A stretch of DNA of 64,000 nucleotides from Flectonema sp. DT1601 (taxonomy: Eukaryota), in the NCBI GenBank assembly GCA_964019425.1, contig OZ025787.1, positions 930,001 through 994,000 on the forward strand. The letters are read 5' to 3'. A model generated the notes under the pieces. The model saw nothing but the letters and a program-made list of their open reading frames with translations, did no database searches and was not told the DNA's origin. Below, piece after piece: positions 47,729 through 60,258 of this stretch. Within the stretch, counting starts at the first letter, position 1. Each line of letters opens with the position of its first letter. A program made the translations under genes and the position numbers.

Positions 47729-48327
47729 TTTAGTGTTTGAATATGTCTGGAGTTTTTCTTATAATTTAATTACTACATACAAGATCTGAGTAGCTTATCG
47801 AAATCAATATAATATTCATAATTTCTGTGTAGTTTCCTGTAAAACGGATAGTCATATTATTAGGTAGATACCTTACAAACATAAAAAACACCTTTCGTGA
47901 AATATAAGACAAAGAAGGGAATAACTTACTTAAATAGTGTTCTTCAATAAAAAAAACAAAAAAGAGAAAAAAAAAGTTCATTCTTCTAACCGGATACCAG
48001 ACCAATTCCATATAAATATGTAACTACATAACTACCACCAGCAGCATTGCAGTCGTGTTAATATACAAGACCAGCAATGTCTGGTTGTGACGTACGGATT
48101 TCGCAATCCTCGTTGTATTTAAAAAGAAAATAAGAAAAGGGGGAAAAGAAAAACTGCGGGGCAAATGCGAATATCTAAATGAATGTTCGCTTTCATCTTA
48201 AGTACTTGCAAGGACCAAATGCAGGTAATCTGCTAAGGCTGCGTGATTAGCAGACGTCGACTTTGGTTCACATACAGTAGCTAGACCGATTGAGTGCAGT
48301 AACCCTGAAAAGGGAATTTTGAATCGT

Positions 48328-49902
48328 TCAGTAGGCTCGTTGTTTAGTGACTGAGGCTACTACTTGTTTTGCTTCAATAATTGGAGTGCCCCTGCCAGCT
48401 GCTATTCCTACACCTCCCACAATAGGACTGCCTCTGAAGGTTTGACATGCTAAGAGACTGTTATGAGAACCCATGACATCATTATTGACTGAGATACCAT
48501 CTAAGTATTGCTTTAAGAGTGTTCGTAATTTAGTGTTTTCGTTCACAAGATGGTACTTCTCTCTTGAGATTGCTGCATTATCTAAGAGGACTTTGTTATA
48601 ACGTTTCCAGAAGTTCTCAAGATAATGCCACTCTTCTCTTAACCCATCCTGACGTAGTAAGGTACACATGTCTCGACTAGCTGCTTCAAGGGCAGGGTCA
48701 ATTGGTGGTTTTGGATTGCCTTCGTGATTCGCATCAAAATATGATTGTTTTTCACTCTTAATCCGAGTTTCCAATTCTACTTCTTCAACACTCAAATCGT
48801 TGTGATATCCAAGAACTCTTTCTCTTTCTGTTTCGAGAGTGCCACATAACTCTGACAACTTCAATACTCGTTTGGCTTTTTCATTATTTGCCTGCAACTT
48901 CTGCTTTGTTTGCTTCGCATGTGCTACCAAACGGTTTAACTTGTCTTCTTGTTGTTGTCTCCATCGTTGCATTTTGTGTTTGAGTTCTTTAAAGTGTTTC
49001 GCAGTCATCTCTTTTTCCTCTTTCATTGCACGGTTTCGCTCTTCACACTCTTTAATATTGTTAGCTAAGTTAGCTTTCCAATTCGCAATCATTTCTTGTA
49101 ATTTCAAGATACGTCTCATTTGACGAGATATTTTGTCGGCGGTTTCTGCGTCTTTGTTTGTGAGGTCGAGGTAGGTCTTCATCTTTTCTTCAGCTGATTG
49201 CATGTATTTATCGTGTTCGTGATTTATCTGATGCTGGTATTCAAGAATCTCACCCTCTAACATCTGTTTTAAGACGTTATATTCTTCTTGGTTCTTGTCT
49301 CTTGTTTCGTCTTTTTTCTGAGAAAAGTCCGTTTGGATTTCAGTATCCTGCTCGTCAGCATCTTTCTTTATAGCGTTCATGATAGCGTGGAGAGCGTCGA
49401 CTTCTTTTTCGTGTTTTGCGATGATTTCGGCTTTTTCAAGTTCGAATTCTTGTTTTAAGCTTTTAAGGTCTGCCTCGTACTCCGAGTCTAAGTCTGACAT
49501 GCGTTGGTTTTGAAGTTCGATAAGAGCATCAATGCTAAGGAGATGTGTACGTAGAGCAAGTCGGTACTGTTCTTCAGCTTCGTCTAAGTCATTCATTAGC
49601 ATATCTATTACGGCATTCTTTCTATCTAAACTCTTGTCGTATGTCTGCCGTAGTATTTCTACTTCTGCAGAAAGTTCAACGTACTTCTCTCTTCTAAGAA
49701 GTTCAACCCATCTCATTTGAACTTCTCTTAGACTACTTTGACTGTATTTCTGTTCTTCTTCCATCAGTTCTTGCATTCTAGTTTTGACCATTATTTCTCT
49801 TTTCTTTCGTTCTTCTGCTTCTCGTAGTTTGTCAAGTTCTAAAACGTCTCGGTCTCTGGTGACCTTAGCCCCTCCTTTCATTAACTTTCCGTATAAGGGC
49901 AT
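48328..49902 (-). CDS. DRC2: Dynein regulatory complex subunit 2 (CCDC65/NYD-SP28-like), ~524 aa
   Basis: WVELLRREK..EL..EVEILRQTY...LDRKNAVI.ML..DLDEAEEQYR.ALR.HL..ID.LI.LQ and LENFWKRYNKVLLD..EN..LR.LLKQYLDGISV are CCDC65-type motifs. Start taken at MPLYG (the ORF extends to 49995). Confidence 0.88.
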   Translation of the reverse strand: MPLYGKLMKGGAKVTRDRDVLELDKLREAEERKKREIMVKTRMQELMEEEQKYSQSSLREVQMRWVELLRREKYVELSAEVEILRQTYDKSLDRKNAVIDMLMNDLDEAEEQYRLALRTHLLSIDALIELQNQRMSDLDSEYEADLKSLKQEFELEKAEIIAKHEKEVDALHAIMNAIKKDADEQDTEIQTDFSQKKDETRDKNQEEYNVLKQMLEGEILEYQHQINHEHDKYMQSAEEKMKTYLDLTNKDAETADKISRQMRRILKLQEMIANWKANLANNIKECEERNRAMKEEKEMTAKHFKELKHKMQRWRQQQEDKLNRLVAHAKQTKQKLQANNEKAKRVLKLSELCGTLETERERVLGYHNDLSVEEVELETRIKSEKQSYFDANHEGNPKPPIDPALEAASRDMCTLLRQDGLREEWHYLENFWKRYNKVLLDNAAISREKYHLVNENTKLRTLLKQYLDGISVNNDVMGSHNSLLACQTFRGSPIVGGVGIAAGRGTPIIEAKQVVASVTKQRAY

Positions 49903-50277
49903 TTTATGTTGTTGTACGTTGGTCTTGTGAAGTAGAGTTATGTAGCAAAGGAAAGTGAATTGGGTGTGAAGTTCAAAAATAAATCCGTCAACCATTTTCC
50001 ATAATAATTAAAATAGTTTCTAAAGACAGAGAGGTACTGATGTCGTTATCTGGGGTTTGGTTACTACCGTTAGTGACACATTATACTTTTTTTTATTTAT
50101 TTATTCTTTTTTTTTTTTTTCCCTTCTTTGATGGACGACCACAAATATAACAGTTTTACGACTTGGGGGGGGTGGGGGTGGTGGGGGGGTAGCATTCAGT
50201 ATTTTTTTAAGAATGATATAAATATTATATATTGAATTTAAAAGAAAAAAAAGTCAACTAAAAATAAACATTTCAGT

Positions 50278-50385
50278 AATTTATGAGACAGTCGGCTAAA
50301 GATAATATTAATATGGGTAAACACTCTGCGCATGTTTTACATGAGTGTAGATTGATTTCACCTATTAATTACTTGTCAATAAATA
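50278..50385. repeat. Fragment of the dispersed repeat family
   Basis: gagacagtcggctaaagataatatt..ggtaaacactctgc and gagtgtagatt..tttcacctattaattacttgtcaataaa match the copies at 17.3 and 29.3-29.5 kb. Confidence 0.65.
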
Positions 50386-51069
50386 AACGATCCTTATTAT
50401 AAAGAAAATTTTTTTAAAAAATAAAAAATAAAAACGATGGGGGATAGGAGATGTACATTAACCAAGGTATTGGCTGATTTTCGTTTTCCTTCGTTCGTAT
50501 TATGTAATAAGAAGAAAATAAAACAAAATAATATTCAAGGGTTTTTGGTGTGGGGGGAAACAACAACAACAACAACAAAAAAAAAAAAAAAAAAAATAGT
50601 TTTTTACGGATACAAACACTAACCGTGCGTATCTTAACTAAAACAAACCAGTGTACGTATTTACACTTAAGTCTTCAGAATCGTTTTTTTTTTTTTTTTT
50701 TTTTTGTTATATAGATAAGGAAGTCCATTACATTGGAAAGTTCAGCAGCGTCAGAGAAAAAAGAAGTGCTAAATGAGACTAAATACATTTATACTTATTT
50801 CCATGTTGGACTGAATCGACTAAAAGTTGGTTGCGGCAATAAAGTACTACGAATGACGTTGAGCCGAAGGTGTTGCAAACCCCTCACACAAAGGAGCTCA
50901 AATGGCAGTATGAAAGCGAGAAAAAAAGAGCAAAAAAAACAGTTCACACATGAATGGTGGTAGTAAGTTTTTCTTTGTGCGTTAACTGAAAGGGAGAAAA
51001 AAAAAAAGAGGGAAACAAAAAAATCGAGAATCATATAACAGCTTACATAAAATCTAAAATACCTTTCTC

Positions 51070-51102
<33 letters not shown>

Positions 51103-52207
51103 CTTTAAAAAAACATAAAGAGAGCAAATCGTTTGCATTCTCTATAAATATAATTAGCTTTAACATAACTAATATAACATTTTGTAGTGAAAACACAAAT
51201 TAATGTTTTGTTTGTGAAAGAACAAAAAATCAGAAGAAAAAAGAGGGGGTGGGAAAAGGGTTAACAAAACAAATACCACTGATACATTAAAACAGTTTCC
51301 CTCATCCCTTCCCATCTCTCATGATCAGGGTTTCTTTAACCATTTTTTTTTTTTTTACTTTCAAAAGGAAAAAAGAAAGCTCCTCTATCACAATACTCCC
51401 GGTGAAGGTTGTCGGTTTTTTTTTTTTTTTTTTTTTTCCCTTTTTTTTTATACAAACCCATTATTTGGTAGAAATAAATAAAAATACAAACTGGAACCTT
51501 TGTTATATTCACACAGTGAATCACCTGCCTTACTCCAGTAAATGGGAAATTTATTTGTTTTGGTTGTCAAACGAAACAGTAATTCAATGTTCGATCAGTA
51601 TGAGAGGTAATGAAGAAAAGAAACCCCAACAACGGAAAGATCGACAATATACAATAAATAGATAATTTGACTACAAGAAAATCTTGACACATTTTTTTTT
51701 CATTCCTTTCGTTTTTTCTATGTGCGTTTACCATTCACCGATTCTTGGAAAAAGTTACCACCACCCTTAGTCACTCTTTTTGTTATATACAAGACGTGAC
51801 TAATAATTATGGGAAGATAGATAAAGAAGTCCTTACATTGCATAATATGCAACACTGATACAGTAAACTAAGGAGTATCGAATTAACGAGGCAGGGAGAC
51901 AAGGCAACCCTTAAAGTAAAGAAAAGGGAGGAGGGGAGAGAAAAGGGGGAACAAAAAGAAGGGGAAGAAAAGAATCTACCAAACTTCAAAGCGGCACGAA
52001 AGTGCTCAAACTTGTTGACTATTAGTTTGCAAAACAATCTCTATGAAGAGTGCCGCGTACTTTTTTTTTTTTTTTTTAATTTTAATAACCAGAAGTCTGT
52101 GCATGGCTGAAGGGCTACCCACAGCTCATAAAACCCGCAAGTCAGCGAACCGTTCAAGACAGTAAGATGGCACAACATGAATCTAATAATAATAAACATA
52201 AGAAGTA

Positions 52208-54415
52208 TTACAACATAATTTGGGTACCGTGAGGGGTGTAGAGGTAGTTGTCCTCTTCGTCAGCGAATTCATCATCGTCATCATCATCGTAGCTGGGATT
52301 GTATGTCGGAGGATTGAATAGTGGTTGAGACATAACCCCGTTTGCCCTCTCAAGAAGACGATCTTGGTGTTGTAGTAGCTTTCGGAGATGTTCAACAGAA
52401 TCGGGAGGTGGGGAAGTAGAAGAAGAGAAGCTGCGAAGGTTATTTCCATTCGCTACGTGTTTAACTGGAGAAACACAACTCTGACTAGGAAGTAATCCCC
52501 CAGGAGGGGTCACACTCCTAACAACAGTCGCTGGAGTACAAACAGCCGTACCACTCCCACTTACTGAAAGCCTAGCCTCAGGTGATGCTACCGATGCAAT
52601 CGGTGCTGATGGTGGAGGAGCTCCCGTGTCAACTTCTTCTTCGAACAACGCTTCAACTGCATCACCTGAATTACTTGGACTCGGTGATCTGTAAGACCTA
52701 ACCTGACCAGCTTCTGGTATAAAAGTAATACCTCGTATTCTAACTTCTGGTGGTGTTGTCCACTTTGCTGGCATTGAAACCACACCAACCTCACCTTTTA
52801 CTAATGTAACTCCTCCTCTAAGACGAACAGTGGTAGATGTTTGAACAGCTTTTCCAATTGCAAAGCAGTTTTCATCCCAAACATGTCTGGATGAGGTTCT
52901 AGCTGCAGGACCACCCTTGTAAGGAGATGGAATATCTGTACAGGCTTGTGGTGGAGAGAGACAAACCGCAACAGGTGAATTAGGAATTCTAATATTCTTT
53001 GGAGGTGTCGTAGGTGGAGAAACTGAAGGTCTTTCAAGACTATCACTCAGTTTATCGCTGTGACGTAATTTCCTCGAACTACCAGCACTTAGGGAAGCAC
53101 GTCGAACTTCAGGTTCCTTATCAGATCCTACACTTTGTCGTTGCGCATTCGGTTCTGTTGTGGCTGCAGGTAGTTCTCGTTTTCGTGTTGGGTTGCCAGT
53201 TGTATCAATTTTAATAACTGCATCGAGTAACTCAGATAGCTGTCCAATTATAACATCTCTCGCTTCCTTTACAGTTCCTACCTGCCCAACATTACTGGGT
53301 GTCGTTGAGTTGCTTATGGTACATCCAAATGAGTCCGACGATGCAGAAGTATTCGTCGGAGAACGGGACCGAAGACGAAGAACATCAAGCTGTTGACTTG
53401 CTTTTAAAATCGCATCGCGGATATCATTTACGGGAGCCTGTTCATAAGAATCTACTTCCTGCTCCAGAGTTTCTAAAGCTCTGTGTGCTTTCTTCAGCTG
53501 GTCTTTAGCTGCAGACAGTGTGGCATCTAATGTACCTGATAGACACTCACTGCTATTGCTGAATAAACTCGGTTCTGTTGATCCTTCATCTTTGTCGTAC
53601 ACTTTATTACCTGCTGCTTGTAACAGCGCACTGGATTCACAATAATGTGTCGCCACCATACTTAGTGTTCTCTTGAAGGTACTTCCCGCACTGTCTCGTG
53701 GAGTTATACTTCTATAGCTACCCTGCATTCGTTTATGTAGAGCATCACTCATTTTATCTCCACCTGAAAATGTTGTAGTTGGAACACTAACTGGAGGTTT
53801 ACTTCTAATGCCGTCTCTCTTTGGAAGTGACTTTGCAATTGGTGCCGCTGACTGATTACTGATGCGACGTAGGCGAGGTGTCATTACGAGTTTTGGTTTT
53901 TCAACGGGATCATCTCTGTGTTGACGAGGAGTGACGACTGACGTTGGTCGGGACACAACACGAGTTCTTGGAGGTGGCATTTTCTGGATAGGTGGTACAG
54001 GGGGTTTCTTGGGTTTTGTTACAACTGATGTTACCGGAGCTTGCTTTACAATCTCCGGGGGTTGACTACTTTGATTGTGTGGTGATGTTACCGTACCTCT
54101 TGAAACTGACCACAAGCGATCTCCAGTTTTTGGTTCCGATGCAACTTCCACTAAAGGAATCCCATGTTCGGTCTCCATTGGGAGGAATAATCCATTACTC
54201 AACTTTAACCATCCTTTTCTTTTTTCTCCAAATAACACACTTGCGGCTACCACTGCTCCCCTACTCGGCCCTACTTGGCTTGTCTTATCACCATAATTAG
54301 TACTATTCCTTAATTGAATATTCCCAGCGATAACTCTATATGTTCTCACTTCAGTTCGCGCCCGGACAACTGGACGAGGGCTAATACTCCGCGCCTTCTT
54401 CGCTCCGGGTTTCAT
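52208..54415 (-). CDS. Ser/Pro/Thr-rich protein with small SH3-like beta domains and a short coiled coil (~735 aa)
   Basis: Long ORF; first ATG at 54415. The N-terminal YRV..GWLKLSNGLFLPM segment and the internal FAIGKAV..GEVGVV segment look like small beta domains; acidic C-terminus. Confidence 0.78.
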   Translation of the reverse strand: MKPGAKKARSISPRPVVRARTEVRTYRVIAGNIQLRNSTNYGDKTSQVGPSRGAVVAASVLFGEKRKGWLKLSNGLFLPMETEHGIPLVEVASEPKTGDRLWSVSRGTVTSPHNQSSQPPEIVKQAPVTSVVTKPKKPPVPPIQKMPPPRTRVVSRPTSVVTPRQHRDDPVEKPKLVMTPRLRRISNQSAAPIAKSLPKRDGIRSKPPVSVPTTTFSGGDKMSDALHKRMQGSYRSITPRDSAGSTFKRTLSMVATHYCESSALLQAAGNKVYDKDEGSTEPSLFSNSSECLSGTLDATLSAAKDQLKKAHRALETLEQEVDSYEQAPVNDIRDAILKASQQLDVLRLRSRSPTNTSASSDSFGCTISNSTTPSNVGQVGTVKEARDVIIGQLSELLDAVIKIDTTGNPTRKRELPAATTEPNAQRQSVGSDKEPEVRRASLSAGSSRKLRHSDKLSDSLERPSVSPPTTPPKNIRIPNSPVAVCLSPPQACTDIPSPYKGGPAARTSSRHVWDENCFAIGKAVQTSTTVRLRGGVTLVKGEVGVVSMPAKWTTPPEVRIRGITFIPEAGQVRSYRSPSPSNSGDAVEALFEEEVDTGAPPPSAPIASVASPEARLSVSGSGTAVCTPATVVRSVTPPGGLLPSQSCVSPVKHVANGNNLRSFSSSTSPPPDSVEHLRKLLQHQDRLLERANGVMSQPLFNPPTYNPSYDDDDDDEFADEEDNYLYTPHGTQIML

Positions 54416-55014
54416 ATTACCCAACCCTTAGAGGTCTGGGTTGCCTAAAAGTAATGAATTATAAAATAAAACTCCGTGAAGGGTGACACGACATGCACCT
54501 GACCGAATCAGAACAACAGGGGGCTGCGAGGGGAATTGCAGTTTTTTTGACAGCGTTCTCTGGCAACCGAACCCTTACTGAAAAGATAGCTTTTTTCACT
54601 TTGGATTTCATACCCAACCCTTTGATAGCCTGAACGAAAAAATTATGTTATACAAATATGTGAACTGTCGCACGACAGGCACTTGACTGAAACCAGACCC
54701 TAAATACTACAATGTACTCCTCGCCTGCTTCCTTAATCTCCTCAACGGGAATTTCTAAAACTCAATATGAAATACAACATGGATTAGATCCAATAACATA
54801 ACATTAGTTAGTGGTACATTGACTATAGTCATAGGTTTGTTTCCTAAAGGGGTGTGAGAATGATAAGATGCGTAACCAGCCAACGGGACATTTCAGAATG
54901 TACGAACGAATCGGCAACTCAAAATAAACAAAAATCAGCGGGGGAAACCTTCAACAGCCTTAAAGTTGTGTAATCATCGGTGGAGGCCTGGCGGTATACA
55001 GGTTAACTCTCTCT

Positions 55015-55391
55015 CTATAGTTTTGAGGGAACAAAAATAGGCTGATGCTTGACACCCTGTCTTGGCTGTGCCATCATATCTGCAACAGTTGCTCTCCATT
55101 TCTATGTTTGTGTTGTTAACAAAACTAATTTCTGAGTTGATAATCTGCATTAAAATAAAAAAAGTTTCCTCATACCAAGTAGTGCGCTGTTTCCTTATGC
55201 TTTGCCGCCTGTTCAACTGTAGCATACATTTCAACTAGGCAGAACTTGTTCGGTTCTTCTTTGCATCTCATAAAGTCAAATCTAACATTACCTTTTTCCC
55301 GAACACTTTGTTCTGCATTGGCGCATGTTGCTGCAATGAAAGCGTCTTCCATCCCAGACTTAACCCAAACATAGACTACTGTGCAAGTCAT
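55015..55391 (-). CDS. LsrG-like / antibiotic-biosynthesis-monooxygenase (ABM) family protein with C-terminal SKL (2 exons, 100 aa)
   Basis: Exons 55391-55176 and 55101-55015 (intron GTATGA..CATAG, 55175-55102). Spliced product: V.[58 protein letters not shown]..PSKL. Confidence 0.88.
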
Positions 55392-56404
55392 TATAGTTTT
55401 TTTAAATCTGAAAAAAGTAGCTGAGATGGAAGTAAAGGCTACACACAATCTCATTTGACATGCTGTGTTACCACTACTGGTACCTGCCTTGAATAGGTTA
55501 TGATTATGCTACAGATCATTACTTGATACTCATGTCAATTTTCCTCGGAAAGCTCCGAGAGGAAGCAAAGAACTTAATTAATAGTATAGAGTTTCTACAA
55601 AAAAAAACAAACGAACATAACACGGTGGAGGCGTTTACGTAAATCGAAGAAATGCAAAGTAAGTCACCTGAATTGAACCGCATGACAAGAGCGATATGAA
55701 TTCTTTCAGAGGGGGGGGGGGGGGAGTTGTAACTGAGTGCTACAAGGATTCTTGCTAAATCGAAAACTACACTTTAATCGTAAGCTTGCCGTGCCCTGAT
55801 TTGTACAACAGGTTCACAGAAGACGACGGGCTTTATCGTTGAACTACTACTTTTCTTTTTTCGACGCATTCGGAGAAGAAACTGAACTTCGATATTTCTA
55901 AAAGTCATAACCTATCTCCCCCGTACGCGTTCCACGAAATTAAGGCTAATCTGAATGGTTTTTTTTTGTAAAGTGGGAAGGACGAAAGGAACCAAAAAAA
56001 AAGAAAGGAGATAATTGTTTGATTTGTATAACACATCTTTATTGTATCATAACATAAACGATAATTTAACATTGATAAAGTGCCCATAGGTGGATGCGTA
56101 ACTTAGCCTTTTTTGAAGTGACTATTAAGCTTCCATATACATCTTTACCTTTATTCTCATCATCAGTATGGTGTGACAGTCAACTGTTGAGACTGAACCA
56201 CCTTTGTTAGCAAGTCTCTGGAGTGCGGTTGCCTTTTGATTGTAATAAAAAACAAAAAAAAAATTTTTTTATTATAGCACTTTTTCTACAAGAATAAAAA
56301 GGGAGGGAAGAAAATAGAGAGCGAAGAATCGTATTCTTCGAATGCGTCAACTATTTTATTTATATCTCGATCATTAAGTGGAGGGAAACAAATTTTTTCA
56401 ACGC

Positions 56405-56435
<31 letters not shown>

Positions 56436-57848
56436 TTTTTACACAAGAGTATCGCATACTTAGCCATCTTTTCGTTTGTCGTTCCAATCGCTCAACTTCG
56501 ATGAATTTTATTCGGAACTCGAGTCAGAGCGGTATGGTTAACAGGTACCGAAAGACGTCAATTTCTCTCTCAAAACATAAAAACTAAATCAGACCTGGAA
56601 AATACCTTAACCAGAAACAAAAGAATAACCAAAAAAAAATAAAATTCGACAAGCTAGTTAATAATGCTGCCGGTATTTGATGATACCTTTCGACCAGACT
56701 ATCTGCGATTTCTTCAACAAAAGACGCGATGTAAAGCAACAAGAAACAAATAACAACTACAAGGAGAAAAAGATAAGTGTAAGGGAAAAGTAAGACTTTG
56801 TTATTTTCGGAGAGTTAGTGACAACAAAGTTTTAATTGAATATTATTTTTTTTATTTTTTTATGACTTGAATCACTTTGTGCAGATAAACTGTAGAAGCC
56901 GGTGAACAGAAAAAAAATAATTTAAAAAAAAAAAAAAACATCACTCTTTTGTTTCCCGTTCCCATGACCTATTGTACAGCTCTAATATAACAAAGCTAAC
57001 CTGAGGGAGGATTCCTGCATAAGAGTTACTAGATACCATGAAAGCAGAAGAAGAAGAAGAAGAACATTAAAAAGAAGAACGGAAAAGCACTATGTCAATC
57101 ATGTACTACCAATGGAGTCATCTCCGCCATCGTACATGATGAAGTTATGCCGCCAAAACGTTTTTTTTTATTAAATTAAAACTTATGAACAACCATGGCA
57201 TCTACTTTGGCTGAAAGAAATTTTTTTTTTTTTTTTTTTTTTACGTAAGGAGGAATCCCTCACAAGAGTTTTTTTTGAAAAGGAATTTAACTCTGGGTGT
57301 GAACCTATCCTCCAGAAAGATTTGATATGAAAGAAGAAAGAAGAGGACAGTAAACACAAGCAGCGTAAGTTAGTCTGCATCTGTGATAATTTCTGCCTCT
57401 GAACTTTCATTTCTAAAAAAAATGGCAAAATATTTAGTTAAGATGCATGCATCAAATTTGTTATTGAATGCGGATGTTATTCAGAACGTGAAAGAAAGTT
57501 TCCTCCACAAGAATTGGGTTATTATATTTCTTTTAATCTTGGTGTGAAGCCAAACCCAGAAAGATACCAATAAAGGCAGCTGTTGAAGGAAAAAGGGGGG
57601 TATTAAAAAAAAAAAAAAAAAAAAAAGGGAGATCAGTGTGTGCAAGAGAGTTATTTATAGTTTTATATGAGCAAGGACTCGGCTATAAAAAGAACAGAGC
57701 ACCAAAACGAAAAGTAGAAAACAATGTTTACCCTCCTAGACCTTCATCAGTAAATTCTTCATAACCAGATCCTTGATTATGTAATAGTCCCCACGAGATG
57801 TCAAGATAGAAAACGTACATAAGTAAGTCAACAGATGATTATGATCAA

Positions 57849-58847
57849 CTACAAGCCCTCATGATGTCTGGGACTCTGACATTCGAGTGCTGGACTTACG
57901 CAAATAGTTATTTCAGGATTTTCAGGTGTGGGTGGAAGCTCTGCTTCCTTTATCGCTGGTTGAAGTTTTAATTTCGTATACCAAATGACTCCTATCATAG
58001 CCACCATCATCCCGCTGGTATTTTGCAAGCTGAACGGATGTGAGAAGAACATAACTCCACACAATAGTACCAAAACAGTTTTGACGTGTCCAACAACTTG
58101 ATAAGACATTGGATCAGTTTTTCCGACAATAAAAAAAACTGACAAATTAATACAGAGAGCAGCAATACCCGATAAAGCAAGAAGCGCCATACAATGATAA
58201 GTTAATTGAAATGTAAACAAGAATACCGATATATCATCAGTAATAATTGCACAACACAAAAACAACATCGCCGTATAAGGCGACGTGTATAAAAGAGATT
58301 GCTGAGATGTTAGATCCGCCGTTAAATCTTTCATTTTAATTTGAAGTAGAGCCGTACTCAGTGTTCCTAAACACCCAAACACTAAACCAATAAAAGTAAC
58401 AGAAACATCCCCCGCCGTCGTCAAATAGACACCAGAAATTAATAATAAAAGTGATATTTTTATTGTGTAAGGATACCTGATATTCTTTAGTAGGTATTCC
58501 GCAAAACAGATGACTGGAATGTTCATCAACTTTAATATTTGATACACCCCAACAGAATTATATACCAACGAGTAGTTTACAAACATAACACTTCCCAACT
58601 GTAGTCCAGAAATTTGAAGGCAGGTACTCGTTTTTGGCTGTTGTTCAGGAAGCTCAAATTTTGAAATTTTTTGATACATCCAAATACCAACTGACGTTAT
58701 AACAAAATGAAGTGCCATCAGCGTATTTGGGAATAGGAACCCTTCCTCAGAGAATAGTTTTTTGTTCAAAATTACGACACCTACGACACTAACGATGTTG
58801 ATAACCATCACAGTTATCAACTGAAGACGAGAGCTGTTATCATTCAT
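57849..58847 (-). CDS. Nucleotide-sugar/triose-phosphate transporter family (SLC35E/UXT-like), ~332 aa
   Basis: NIVSVVGVVILNKKL..F.FP.TL..LHF, N.SL.YNSVGVYQILKL, GKTDPMSYQVVGHVKT; about 10 TM segments. Confidence 0.9.
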   Translation of the reverse strand: MNDNSSRLQLITVMVINIVSVVGVVILNKKLFSEEGFLFPNTLMALHFVITSVGIWMYQKISKFELPEQQPKTSTCLQISGLQLGSVMFVNYSLVYNSVGVYQILKLMNIPVICFAEYLLKNIRYPYTIKISLLLLISGVYLTTAGDVSVTFIGLVFGCLGTLSTALLQIKMKDLTADLTSQQSLLYTSPYTAMLFLCCAIITDDISVFLFTFQLTYHCMALLALSGIAALCINLSVFFIVGKTDPMSYQVVGHVKTVLVLLCGVMFFSHPFSLQNTSGMMVAMIGVIWYTKLKLQPAIKEAELPPTPENPEITICVSPALECQSPRHHEGL

Positions 58848-59421
58848 TTTATAATACAACAACACTACTATTGTGAAAAGGAAATATATTCAACTAATTC
58901 TCTACGCATGTTTTCTTATTATCCAATGACGTGCTACTACTGATGCTAACACATTCATCTTTTACACACAACAGCATCTATAAAATTTAAAAATGATATA
59001 AACACAGACAGACATAATCGTACAAGAAAATAGCATGCGAAGTTAGCCAAGTGCTTTCCCTCATCTTAATTATCAATGTTGTTGGGGGGGAGTAACACTG
59101 AATACCGCGTGCTCAATAGTACATTAATAAGCACCAATACCACAGTAAAATGAGATTACGCGGCTTGTTGATATCTTTGTACAGCTTTATATTTTGGGTA
59201 ATTTTGATTTTCGTAAATAGAACTTTGACAAAGCCCGATGATCCACAAGGCTGACTATAACTAAAGTAAAGAACTGAAAAGGTTATGCTGCAATACAAGA
59301 TGGTAACATAGAATACTACAATTATTATTATTATCCAATAACAACAACCATCACTTATTATGAATAAATTGTTTATTGGACATATCTGAAGCGATTAACA
59401 ACCAATAGAAGTTATTACTTC

Positions 59422-60227
59422 CTACTGTGTTTGGTATGCTGCAGCTAGCTTACTAAGGTAACTATTCATTGAAGCTTCTTGAATTGGTTGAGGTAGATCT
59501 GCTTCTTCAGCTACGACGGATTTTTTACCTCCTTTGCCACCCTTCCAGCCGCGGTTGCTTTTCGATCCTTTTCCAAAAGTTGTTTTTGCAATGTTTTGAA
59601 GAGGACCCGCATACACTGAGTTAACACCAATACCTGACAGTTCTTGTTGTAATTCTGACATTCCCTGTGTTGGTTATTGTTCTGTTATTCTACATCAAGT
59701 GTTCTACATCAAGTGTTCTACATCAAGTTATATTGTAATAAGGTGAGACATACCTTCGCTGCCCAACAAGCGAAGTCATCATCTGCATAAGCAGATCTCA
59801 CAATAGATGTTTGTGGGATAATACCAGGAAACCGACTGTCTACAACCTGTTTTATTTATTTATATCTCATGCTAAGACACAAGACAAGAGACACTGCTAA
59901 GTTAACATACTCGTAGAAAAGAAGACTCAGTCTGAGGACGTAGAGGTGCAGGAGAAGAGATGTTATGAGGAGGAGGAGGAGGAGGAGGTGCCCCTGTTGA
60001 TAATTGAGGTGGTAAGGGATGCGATTGTTGAAGACCAAGTGGTGGCAGACCGGGACCGGAAGGAATGTGACGGGGTACCGGAGGTTGATTGAAGCGCTGC
60101 ATTTGACCTTCATCATGATGACGAGGTGTAAATTGCTGCTGGTGATGGTGATGTTGTTGCTGGTGTTGCTGCTGGTGTTGGTGATGACTGTGCTGAAAGT
60201 TACGGTTTTCATTGCTGCTGCGGTGTG

Positions 60228-60258
<31 letters not shown>

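Noticed and set aside
1633..57428. Numerous 60-160 aa ORFs rich in poly-F/poly-K in intergenic DNA, and short antisense ORFs inside genes
   Set aside because: They arise from poly-T/poly-A runs or from shadow frames of real genes; no domains, and many start at non-ATG codons.
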